From NCBI GenBank assembly GCA_963822445.1, contig CAWGHO010000003.1, forward strand, positions 1,280,001-1,344,000: a stretch of 64,000 nt of DNA, read 5' to 3'. The notes below the pieces were generated by a model, which was not told the origin of the DNA, searched no databases, and saw only the letters and a list, made by a program, of their open reading frames with translations. The position numbers were made by a program, and so were the translations under genes. Every line of letters starts with the position of its first letter. The stretch's first letter is position 1. This stretch comes from an uncultured Acidobacteriota bacterium (lineage in GTDB: Bacteria; Acidobacteriota; Thermoanaerobaculia; Gp7-AA8). This document shows positions 23,601 through 31,400 of the stretch, piece after piece.

Positions 23601-25188
23601 TCGTCGTCTCCGACTCGCTGTTGTTCCCGGGGACGTGATCGCTCTGATCGCTGCTGGCGTAATTCGCGGTGAGCGTGTTCGTGCCGCCGGCACCGGGGGT
23701 GACGATGAGCGTGACCGACGGTTGGTTGAAGGCGTTGTGGACGGCCCAGTTGCAGGTGACGACACCGGGCGTGGTCTCGCTGCACGTGCCGCTGAGCGTT
23801 GCGCTCGCGGAGACGAACGTCGATGAGGCCGGGAGATTCAGGGTCAGGACGGTGTTGGTGGCCTTCGAGGTCGAGGCGTTGTAGGTGCTGATGGTGTACT
23901 GGACGTTGCCCTGGCCCAAAGTGACATCGGGCGGGTTGTCGCTGATGCCATTCATCTGCAGATCGATGGTGGCGTTGACGGTCGTGGTCTCCGACTCGCT
24001 GTTGTTGCCGGGAAGGTGATCGCCCTGGTCGGTGCTGGCGTAGCTCGCGTTCAGCGTGTTGGTGCCGCCGGCACCGGGCGTGATGATGAGCGTGACCGAA
24101 GGCTGGTTGAAGGCGTTGTGGACGGCCCAGTTGCAGGTGACGACACCGGGCGTGGTCTCACTGCACGTGCCGCTGAGGGTCGCGCTGGCCGAAACGAACG
24201 AAGACGAGGCCGGGAGATTGAGGGTCAGGACGGTATTGGTCGCCTTCGAGGTCGAGGCGTTGTAGGTGCTGATGTTGTACTGGACGTTGCCCTGCCCGAG
24301 GGTGACGTCAGCCGGGTTGTCGCTGATGCCATTCATCTGCAGGTCGATGGTGGCGTTGACGGTCGTGGTCTCCGACTCGCTGTTGTTGCCGGGAACGTGA
24401 TCGCCCTGGTCGGTGCTGGCGTAGCTGGCGGTCAGCGTGTTGGTGCCGCCGGCGCCGGGCGTGATGATGAGCGTGACGGAAGGCTGGTTGAAGGCGTTGT
24501 GGACGGCCCAGTTGCAGGTGACCACGCCCGGCGACGACTCACTGCACGTCCCGCTGAGAGTCGCACTCGCGGACACGAAGGTCGACGAGGCGGGGAGGTT
24601 GATGGTGAGAACGGTGTTGGTCGCCTTCGACGACGAGGCGTTGTAGGTGCTGAGGTTGTACTGAACGTTGCCCTGCCCGAGGGTGATGTCCGCCGGGTTG
24701 TCGCTGATGCCATTCATCTGCAGGTCGATGGTGGCGTTGACCGTGGTGGTCTCCGACTCGGTGTTGTTCAGCAGGTTGGGATCGCCCTGATCGCCGGTGA
24801 CGCTGGCGGTGAACGTGTTCGTACCGCCAGCGCCGGGCGTGACGATGATGGTGGCCGTGGCGGAGTTGAAGGCGTTGAGCGTGGGCCAGGTGCACTCGAC
24901 CTGTCCGCCGCCGATGTCGCCGCAGACGCCGCTGCCGGTTGCGCTCGACGAAACGTACGTCGCCGAGGTGGGCAGGGTGTTCGTCAGGACGACGTTGGTC
25001 GCCGTCGACGAGCCGGTGGAGTTGTAGATGTTGACCGTGTACTGGACGTTGCCCTGGCCGAGGGTGATGTCGGGCGGGTTGTCACTGATCCCGTTCATCT
25101 GCAGATCGATGGACTGCGCGAAGGCAGCCCCGCAGAAAAGCAGTGAGCACACAATCGCCGCAACGGCGCTGGTCGAGAACTTGCGCAT
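14686..25188 (-). CDS. Giant secreted surface protein B (3500 aa): signal peptide, 9 tandem DUF11-like repeats, IPT/TIG, Cys-bridged Ig repeats, FN3-like stalk, shared C-terminal module
   Basis: Signal peptide MRKFSTSAVAAIVCSLLFCGAAFA. It has IDLQMNGISDNP repeats, an IPT domain (PTISGFTPTSGPVGTTVTITGSNF) and TITPSGPTTFC..GSVTLTA...YLWS.GAT repeats. Confidence 0.93.
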   Translation of the reverse strand: MRKFSTSAVAAIVCSLLFCGAAFAQSIDLQMNGISDNPPDITLGQGNVQYTVNIYNSTGSSTATNVVLTNTLPTSATYVSSSATGSGVCGDIGGGQVECTWPTLNAFNSATATIIVTPGAGGTNTFTASVTGDQGDPNLLNNTESETTTVNATIDLQMNGISDNPADITLGQGNVQYNLSTYNASSSKATNTVLTINLPASSTFVSASATLSGTCSESSPGVVTCNWAVHNAFNQPSVTLIITPGAGGTNTLTASYASTDQGDHVPGNNSESETTTVNATIDLQMNGISDNPADVTLGQGNVQYNISTYNASTSKATNTVLTLNLPASSSFVSASATLSGTCSETTPGVVTCNWAVHNAFNQPSVTLIITPGAGGTNTLNASYASTDQGDHLPGNNSESETTTVNATIDLQMNGISDNPPDVTLGQGNVQYTISTYNASTSKATNTVLTLNLPASSTFVSASATLSGTCSETTPGVVTCNWAVHNAFNQPSVTLIVTPGAGGTNTLTANYASSDQSDHVPGNNSESETTTVNATIDLQMNGISDNPADITLGQGNVQYSISTYNASTSKATNTVLTINLPASSTFVSASATLSGTCSETTPGVVACNWATHNAFNQPTVTLIVTPGAGGTNTLTASYASSDQSDHLPGNNSESETTTVNATIDLQMNGISDNPADITLGQGNVTYTISTYNASTSKATNTVLTLNLPASSTFVSASATLSGTCSETTPGVVTCNWATHNAFNQPSVTLIVTPGAGGTNTLTASYASSDQSDHVPGNNSESETTTVNATIDLQMNGINDSPADVTLGQGNVTYSISTYNASSSKATNTALTLNLPASSTFVSASATLSGTCSLTSPGVVTCNWATHNAFNQPSITLIITPGAGGTNTLTASYASSDQSDHVPANNSESETTTVNATIDLQVTSLNDNPADITLGQGNVTYTINTYNASTSKATNAVLTLNLPASSTFVSATATLSGTCTLSSPGVVTCTWANHNAFNQPSVTLIVTPGAGGTNTLTASVAADQGDHVPGNNSGSETTTVNATINLQLTMTDSPDPRVLAAGNVTYSITVFNASSSKATNPVMTLALDPTTTFVSAAPTTSDAGACSLSGSTLTCTWTQVAGSTSKNITVIVTPTQVGQISATASVTADQSDHLPANNTDTDTTNINPGSAPTISGFTPTSGPVGTTVTITGSNFFSSTAVKFNGVNSIFTVNGNGSITATVPSGATTGAISITNSVGTTTGGTFTVTPAPDLTISKTASAATVPTSSVFSYTLAVSNIGAGTAANVTVTDTLPAGVTLNADPSDTNWNCTGTTTITCTYNAGALAPGAAPNITLNVTAPASGTTVVNTATVSTTTPDANSGNNSSSVSVGVVGCPANPVVTYPATVCANTTGHTASIPAVPSATYAWTVIAGNGTITSPTNGTSITFDAGTVNPLSIQVDVFVTSCPTATTVFTVNVSTPTATITPSGPTTFCTGGSVTLNANNGASWLWSNGATTQSVVISATETLTVDVTDAAGCMATSAPTVVTVNNPPNATITPSGPTTFCTGGQVTLNAPAGITSYAWSNGATTPSIVVTNTGSYAVTITDANSCSATSAPTLVTVNAPPDTTITPSGPTTFCAGGSVTLTAPAGMTTYAWSNGGNTQSINVTSSGSYSVTVTDGNGCTATSAATNVGVNPAPTASITASGPTTFCAGGSVTLTANAGMTDYLWSNGATTQQITVNATGSYSVTVTDGSGCTATSAPVAVTVNPAPDTTITSSGPTTFCTGGSVTLTAPAAMTSYLWSTGATSQSITVNATGSFSVTVTDGSGCSATSSPTNVTVTPPPTATITASGPTTFCAGGSVTLTAPVGMTSYAWSNGATSQSITVSNTSSHTVTVTNAGGCSATSSPTSVTVLQAQPATITPSGPTTFCPGGSVTLTASAGSSYLWSNGATTPSITVATSGNFSVTVTDANGCTATSAATNVTVTPAPSVVISGPTSTCPASPVVLDAGPNFASYSWSTGATSQTITVTPVADTTYTVNVTDANGCPASDTHTVTLNSSPTANITAPASVCAGSSGHVASVPSQPGSSYAWTISGGFFNGASDGPSVSFTAQITTQVVLGVTVTTGSCTSTGNATIPITPVPSSVITAPSTVDASTNGHVASVTPEAGATYAWSITNGTISAGAGTSSITFSAGENGPITLTVNVTLNGCTSTGSAAVEVASSTPAAADLSITKSAPASVQAGSQFTYTIGVVNNGPALSQNASIVDLLPAGLTVVSFTDGIWTCSSLPGEFKCSGNVPAGSSSTISLLVLAPSQAGTITNTALVNGNVTPDPNSANNSASATTVITLPSPVCATTPASLLSPANGATVSAPVTFEWSAVANAVSYDVWITTEGATTLAGSTSSLKLTRPVPSGVSSWYVVANLASGCNPLTSAQHAFTVPPSSTCATNGRPQFTAPAGAIQTSPVLFSWNAVANAIGYNLWIEVDGTAAQNIGSTDGALSLSAIVPPGSIVAYVDARFSACPNTRSDAITFTVPQPDPCAGRTSVALIAPANNTLINSSSVEMQWTEAATADGYRVFASVDGAAPAVVGETTSETSLRTTFERGDVIWFVQALYDGCAATESARHRFTIPARNECSNDKPQLVSPVNQQNVTTATVTLDWNGVADAIGYEVWLGLDNGTPTLIATTPATVTSLVHLVPPGELSWFVRALIDRCPTRDSQSARFTYTPPAACEQNHRALLSAPLDDASIAAPVDFDWNHPGASRYELYVIRGTDAPVMIANTTASEANDIALATGNYRWFVRAFYGETCAPLDSIEHTLEIISTPAACATLSTPIVSAPGQISSGVEFVLQWTPIAGATSYQLQLSTSESFEPSSVISTTATEHELVVATTTPTARYARVRALDARCTPTATVGAFGPVSAIFILPSNESDGSAQFGDGSVITYTLPLGAELAGQTFTAITTEAWLSVSPASGVVPAGGIILTVTANTAGLPPGTSLGSVTINLNESGRVKTEGTSVSVPFGVSLVTPVTPTPKNTPPPDALVIPAVANADGIGSHFQSDVRVSNTSAQLMKYQLSFVPTGEAGITAGRQTTFTIEPGRTVALDDILKTWFGTGTSNAVGSLEVRPLTEVAKSTSSAAVGALANLVTFASSRTFNATPNGTFGQYIPAIPFANFIGKSTDALQPTILSLQQIAQSDKYRTNLGFVEASGEPAHLLVKVFGATGQKLTEFEVKLNGGQHTQLNGVLAQHGITSLDDGRVEVQVASGNGKVTAYASVLDNKTADPLLVSPVTLSSTGNTKWVVPGVADISNGTTNWQSDVRVFNAGSTSTDVTLSFISQNGGEPKTTTMTLAAGEVRQLDRVLSLFNASQDGGALHIATPTESRLIATARTYNQTTQGTYGQFISAVTPAESVAVGSRPLQLLQVEESARYRSNIGFAEVTGKPVTLEVSIVPPDAKFTATLQVDLGPNEFRQLNSMLTGVGVGDIYNARVSVRAVSGEGRATTYASVIDLKTNDPTYIPAQ
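21690..25110 (-). repeat. Nine tandem DUF11-like units; the central units have an exact 381-bp (127-aa) period
   Basis: GCTGATGCCATTCATCTGCA recurs at ~24703, 24322, 23941, 23560 and 23179, with the homologous position at ~22798. Confidence 0.92.
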
Positions 25189-25217
25189 CTGGCCCCTCTC
25201 TGGGTTGGAGAACGCTC

Positions 25218-25243
25218 ATTTTACAAGAGTTTCAAATAACTCT
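25218..25243 (-). promoter_or_regulatory. Putative promoter for giant gene B: -10 TAAAAT with an adjacent palindrome
   Basis: AT-rich gap with minus-strand TAAAAT at 25223-25218. Inverted repeat AGAGTT-tcaaat-AACTCT at 25226-25243. Confidence 0.45.
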
Positions 25244-25306
25244 GGAAGGGGAGCGTCGATTAGATGTAAGTCGGGGGAGGGAGGGGGGCAGTGCGGAAGG
25301 TCACAA

Positions 25307-25407
25307 GCAGTGGGCAGTGGGCAGTAGGCAGGGAGGAGAACCTCTAACTGGTTCTCCTGCCTACTGCCTACTGCGAGCCGCGCTTGGCGCGGCGTACTGC
25401 CTACTGC
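25307..25407. repeat. Second heptamer inverted-repeat element, at the 3' end of giant gene A
   Basis: GCAGTGG GCAGTGG GCAGTAG GCAG-GGAGGAGAACC-loop-GGTTCTCCT-GC CTACTGC CTACTGC, hairpin GCCGCGC-TTG-GCGCGGC, TACTGC CTACTGC. Same layout as 1376-1488. Confidence 0.85.
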
Positions 25408-28400
25408 GCTGGTACGTACGTCGGGTCGTTCGTCTTCATGTCGATCACGCTGGCGTAGGCCGCGACGCGGCCGGCGCCTTCGACGACGCGGACGGTCACG
25501 CGGGCGTTGAAGGTATCGGCCAGCCCGACGGTCTTGAGGAGTGAGCCGATCTGGCGGAACTCGTTCGGACCGAGATCGACCTGCAGCAGTGCGGTGAACT
25601 TCGCGTCCGGCGGCACGACACTGATCTCCACCCGAACCGGACTCCCCATCACCTCGGCCAGACCGATGTTCGAGCGGAACCGGTCCGACTCCTCGACCTG
25701 CAGCAGCTGCAAGGGCCGGGTGCCGGCGCCGGCGGCTTCGAGCGGGGTGACGGCGGAAATGAACTGGCCGTACGTGCCCTGCGTGGTCTGGTTGTAGGTG
25801 CGGGCCGTGGCGATGAGCCGCGCGTCGGAGGCCGTGTCGATGTGCACGGCGCCGCCGTCGTTCGCCGCGCCGAACACGGTCGAGAGGGTCTTGTCGTAGT
25901 TGAGAACCTGACCGGCGGGGATGGTGACGTTGGCCGTCTTCGGCGCGCCGCCGTTCTGCGAGTAGAACGACAGCGTGGCCGGTACTTCGGTCGTGCCGGC
26001 GTTGAAGACGCGCAGGTCGGTCTGCCAGTTGGCGGTGCCGTTGTTCAGATCGGCGACACCCGGCACGACCCACTTGCGGTTGCCTTCCGCGCCAAGGGTG
26101 ATCGGCGAAACGAGCAGCGGATCGCTGGTTTCGTTGTCGAGCACCGAAGCGTAGGCGGTGACCTTGCCGCCGCCGGAGACGACTTCGACTTCGATGCGTC
26201 CGTCGCTCAGCGAGCTGACGCCCTTCTGCGCGAGGACTCCGTTGAGCTGCAGATGCTGGCCGCCGTTGAGCACGACCGGGAAGTCGGTGAGCCGCTGGCC
26301 GTTGGAGCCGAAGACCTTCACCAGCAGCGAGGCCTGCTGGCCCGAGCCTTCGACGAGGCCGAGGTTGGTGCGGTACTTCGAGGACTGGGCGATCTGCTGC
26401 AGCGAAAGCACCGTCGGCGCGATTGAGTTGGCGGACTTGCCGATGAAGTTCGCGAACGGAATGGCCGGGATGTGCTGGCCGAAGGTTCCGTTCGAGGTGA
26501 CGTTGAACGTGCGCGACGAGGCGAACGTGGAGAGGTTCGCCAATGCGCCGACGATCGCGCTGGAGGTGTTGGTGGTGGTCTGCGTCAGCGGACGCACTTC
26601 CAGCGTGCCGGTGGAGCTGGCCGAGCCGGTGCCGAACCAGGACTTGAGGATGTCGTCCATGGCAACGGTGCGTCCGGGCTCGATCGAGAAGGTGGTCTGG
26701 CGTCCGGAGGTGATGCCGGCGTCGCCGCTGGGGATGTACGTCAGTTGATATTTGAGGAGCTGCGCCGAGGTGTTGCTGACGCGGACGTCGGACTGGAAGT
26801 GCGAGTTGATTCCGTCGGCGTTGGCGACGGCGGGGATGATCAGCGCGTCCGGCGGCGGAGTGCTCTTCGGCGACGGACTGACCGGCGTGACGAGACTCAT
26901 GTTGATCGGGCTCGTGACCGTGGTGGTGCCGGTCGACTTCACGCGGCCGGCGAGACCGTCATTGAGGGTGATGGTGATCCCGCCGAGGCTCGTGCCGACG
27001 CCGACGGCGCTGGTGTCGGCGGTGACGATCAGATTCATTCCGCCGGCCGGGACGACGCCAGATGCCGGCGCGACGGTGAGCCAGGTCTGGGTCGGAACGG
27101 CGGTGAAGCTCTGGCCGGCGAACTGCGCGCCGAGGTTGATGGTGTAGGTGACCGGCTCCGATCCGGCGAGCGGCGCGGCGCCTTCGCTGCCCTGCGCGGG
27201 CAGAACGAAGATCGCCGAGACCGGACCGTAAGCCGTGATCGCGGGCGACGGTGTGCAGCGGCTGTCGATGGCGCGAACACGCGCGTACAGACCGATTGCC
27301 GACGCGGCGTTGTTGGTGCGCACGATTTCGTACTGCGTCGCTGTCGTCGAAACGACTTCGGCACCATCGAAGGCCTCATTCGAAGCGACCTGCAGCTGAT
27401 ACGAGCTCGCACCGGCGACCGGCGTCCACTGCATGAGGAAGGGGATGCCGCTCGAGATCTGGCCGGGCGCGGAGATCACGGGCGGAACGAGGACCGCGCA
27501 TGCCGGCGGCGGCGCGACGATGGTCACGGGCTCTTCGCCCGAATCGAGCGGCGAGCAGCCGTCGAAGAAGGCGCGGACGAACCAGAGATACGAGCCGGCG
27601 GCGAGGGCGATGTCATTCGCCTGCGGCTGCGTGGTCGAGGCGACGAGCGCCGGCGGTTGCGTGGCGCGATGGACGTACAGCTCGTAACGCGTCGCTCCTT
27701 CCGGCGCGCTCCAGGAGAAGTCGGCCGGGGAGGTCAGCGGAGCGGGACCGATCGGGGAGATGGCGATCGGACGATCGTTGCCCTCGCAGGCCGCGGGCGG
27801 CTCGTGGGTGAAGCGGGCCGGCGTCGATTCGCGCGCCGGGCAGCGATCGATGAGCGCGCGGACGTGCCACACGAGATTGCCGGGAGGCACGGAGTAATTG
27901 AAGGTGGTGACGCCCGCGGCGGTGGTGCCGATCAGCGTGGCGCTTTCGTTGCCGAGAGCCAGCCAGACTTCGTAGGCGACGGCGTCGGCGACGCCGTTCC
28001 AGGTGAAGGTGACCGAGCCGTTGGCGACGGTGTTGCCGTTCGGTGCGATGAGCGTGGGCTTGGTGTTGCCGCATTCGTTGCGCGCGGGGATGGTGAAGTT
28101 GAAGCGCGGCGATTCGGTCGACGCGCAACCGGGGTAGAGATTCTCGACGTACCAGACCACCTGGCCGCGCTCGAACACTTCGCGGAGCGAGGTCTCGTTG
28201 GTCGTGCCGATGACTGCCGGGGGCGCGCCGTCGACGGAAGCCCAGACGCGGTACTCGGGCAGCGTCGTGCCGGCGGGAGCGGTCCAGCGCAGTTCGACGG
28301 ACGACGAGTTGACCTGGGAGTTGTTCGCTGGCGAGACCAGCGCGGCCGCACTGCGGTTCGCGCAGGGATCGGGCTGGGGTACGTTGAAGGCGACGCCATC

Positions 28401-31400
28401 GGAACGCGACGGCGGGCAGGCGTTGAAGAGCGCGTCGACGAAGACGTCGATCGCGCCCGGCGGCACGTTGACGCTGAGCGAAAGCGCGCCGTTCGTCGCG
28501 CCGACGTCCTGCGGCTCGGTGCCATCGACGGAAATCCAGACGCGGTAGCCGATGGCCTGTGGGACCGGAGTCCAGCTGATGGTGAGCGGCGAGGTGGCGT
28601 TGGCGCCCGCGCTCGGCGAGATGATCTGCGGCTTGCCGTTGTTGCCGCACGTCGAGGACGGAGCGACGGTGAAGGTGCGGCTGTCGGAGGTGAGCGATTC
28701 GCAACCGTTGCTGCCGTGGGCGACGACGTACCAGGTGGTGACGCCGCTGGCCACGCTCACCGAAAGCGAGTTGCCCGTGGTCGATCCGGCGAGCGTGAGC
28801 ACGCCTTCCGTGCTGACCCAGACGTCGTAGCTCGACGCGGAGTTGACTGTGTTCCACGACAGCGTGACCGGTGAGAAGACGTTGGTCGCGCCGTTCGCGG
28901 GCGAGGTGAGCGTGGGAGCGGAGGCGGGGCACGTCGGCGGCGCGACGTTGATCGTCGTCGAGACCGCGTCGGTGTTGTTCGAGTCGTTCGGGTCTTCGAC
29001 GGCCGAGCTCACGGTAACGGTGTTGGTCACGGTGGTCGCCTGCGCCGGCGCGCGAACGCCGATGAGGATGGTGCTGGACTGGCCGGCGAAGGCGCTGCCG
29101 GTGCAGGTGATCTGCGAGCCGGCCGTCGTGCAATCCCACGGACCGCCGTTGACGCTGAGCACGGTCAGCCCGGCGGGAATGGTGTCGACGATCGACAGAT
29201 CGGTCGCGGCGGCCGGGCCGTTGTTGGTGACGTTGATGGTGTAGGTGAACGTCGAACCGGCGGTGACGCTCGCCGGGGCGGACTTGTTCACGATGAGATC
29301 GGCGGCGGAGACCGGCGGCGGGACGTTGTCGACGGTGACGGTCTTGCTCGCGCTGGCCGTGCAGCCGTTGATGTTGACCGTGACCGACAGCGTGACCGGC
29401 GAGGACGTGCCGGCGCTGAAGGTGATCGACGGGCCGGAAGTCGCGCTGTCGAACGTGCCGTTGTTGATGCTCCAGAAATACGACGCGCCGGCCTGTGGAT
29501 CGATGCTCGCGGCGTGGCCGCCGGTCGACGCGGAGACCGAAGCGGGCGCGGTGATCACTGGCGTCGCCGGGGTGGGCGAGACGCCAACCGTGGCCGAACC
29601 GTTTGCCGTGCATGAACCGGTGGTCACAGTGACGTTGAGTTGCACCGAGGCCAGACCGGTCGGGTTGAAGGTGATGGACGGCGTATTGGTCGCGCCGGTG
29701 ATCGTGCCGTTGGTGATCGACCAGGCGTAGGTCGCGCCGGGCTGCGTGCCGACGGAGGCGGTGTGGCCAGTCGAGCCGCTGCAGATCAGCGCAGGCGCGG
29801 TGATGGTGGCCGTCGGATTCGCGGTGACCGTCACCTGATGCGTGTCGGTCGCGCTGCAGCCGCTGCCGTTGGTGACGGTGACGGTGTAGGTCGTCGTCGT
29901 CGTCGGATTGACGGTGATGCTCTGGGTGGTGAGGTTGCCCGGCTGCCAGAGGTAGGAGGAGAAGCCGGCGCCGGCGTCGAGCGTGACCGCGGCCGTGTCG
30001 CAGGTCGCTGTCGGACCGGTGATGGTCACGGCCGGATTCGGGTTTACGGTGACGGTGACGCTGTTCGATGTCGACGTGCAGCCGCCGGCGTCGGTGACGA
30101 TGACGCTGTAGGCGCCGCTGGCGTTGACGGTGATCGACGAGGTGGTCTCGCCGTTCGGCAGCCACTGGTACGACGCGCCCGCGCTGGCGTTGAGGACGAC
30201 GCTGCCGCCCGCGCAGAAGGTGGTGGGTCCGCTGGCCGTCGCCGTTGCGGGCGCCGGAGTGGTGACGTTGACCGTGTGCGACGTGCTCGACGTGCATCCG
30301 CCGGCGTCGGTCGCGGTGACGGTGTAGGTGGTGGTGGCCGTCGGGGTGACGTTGATCGTCGCGCCGGTGAGATTGCCCGGCTGCCACAGGTAGCTGGTGA
30401 AGCCGGCCGTCGCGTTCAGGGTGACGCTGTTGCCGGCGCAGCTGTTCGCGGGACCGGTGATGGAGACCGGCGCCGCGCTGGTGACGGTGATGCTGTGCGT
30501 CGCCGTTGACGTGCAGCCATTGGCGTCGGTCGCGGTGACGGTGTAGGTCGTCGTCGCGGTCGGGGAGACGTTGACGTTCGCGCCGGTGAGGTTGCCCGGT
30601 TGCCACAGATAGCTGCTGAAGCCGGCCGTCGCGTTCAGGGCGACGTTGTTGCCGCTGCAGCTGTTCGCCGCGCCGGTGACGGCCACCGGAGGCGCGCTGT
30701 TGACGGTGACCGTGACCGGCGTCGCGGTGGACGTGCAGCCATTCCCGTCGGTGACCGTGACGCCGTACGTGCCACTCGTGCTGACGGTGATCGATGACGT
30801 GATCTCGCCGTTCGGCGTCCAGACGAACGAGCTGCCCGCGCTGGCGGTGAGGGTGACGCTGCCGCCGGTGCAGAAGGTGGTCGGGCCGCTCGGGGTGATG
30901 CTCGCCGGTGCGGGAGTGTTGACCGTGACCGTGTGCGAGTCGCCGGACTGACAGCCGTTCCCGTCGGTCACGGTAACGGAGTAGGTCGTCGTGCTCGTCG
31001 GCGATACGGTGATGAACTGCGAGGTTTCGCCGCCGGGCAACCAGGCGTAGGTCACGCCCGGGCCGGCATCGAGGACGACCGAGTTGCCGCTGCAGCTCGA
31101 AGTCGGCCCGGCGATGGTGACCGCGGCCGGCGTGTTGACGGTGACGGTGTGCGTGTCGCTGTTGGAGCAGCCGCTGGCATCGGTCACGACGACGGTGTAC
31201 GTCGTGGTATTCGTCGGCGAGACGTTGATCGTCTGCGAGGTGAAGTTGCCCGGCGTCCAGAAGTAACTGCTGTGCAGGCCGGCGTCGAGAATCACGCTGC
31301 CGCCCGCGCAGACGGCGGTGTTGCCGGTGATGGTGACCGGCGGCGGTACGCAGCTCGTCGCGGCCATGGAGGCGGAGACTTCGGACGTACCGTCGTTCAC

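Noticed and set aside
21690-25110. Regularly spaced DNA repeats as a possible CRISPR array
   Set aside because: The period is 381 bp, in frame and protein-coding, with no unique spacers and no cas genes.
14686-26897. Diversity-generating retroelement (template/variable repeat) explanation for the near-identical 3' ends
   Set aside because: There is no reverse transcriptase in the window, the differences do not appear adenine-specific, and all copies are coding.
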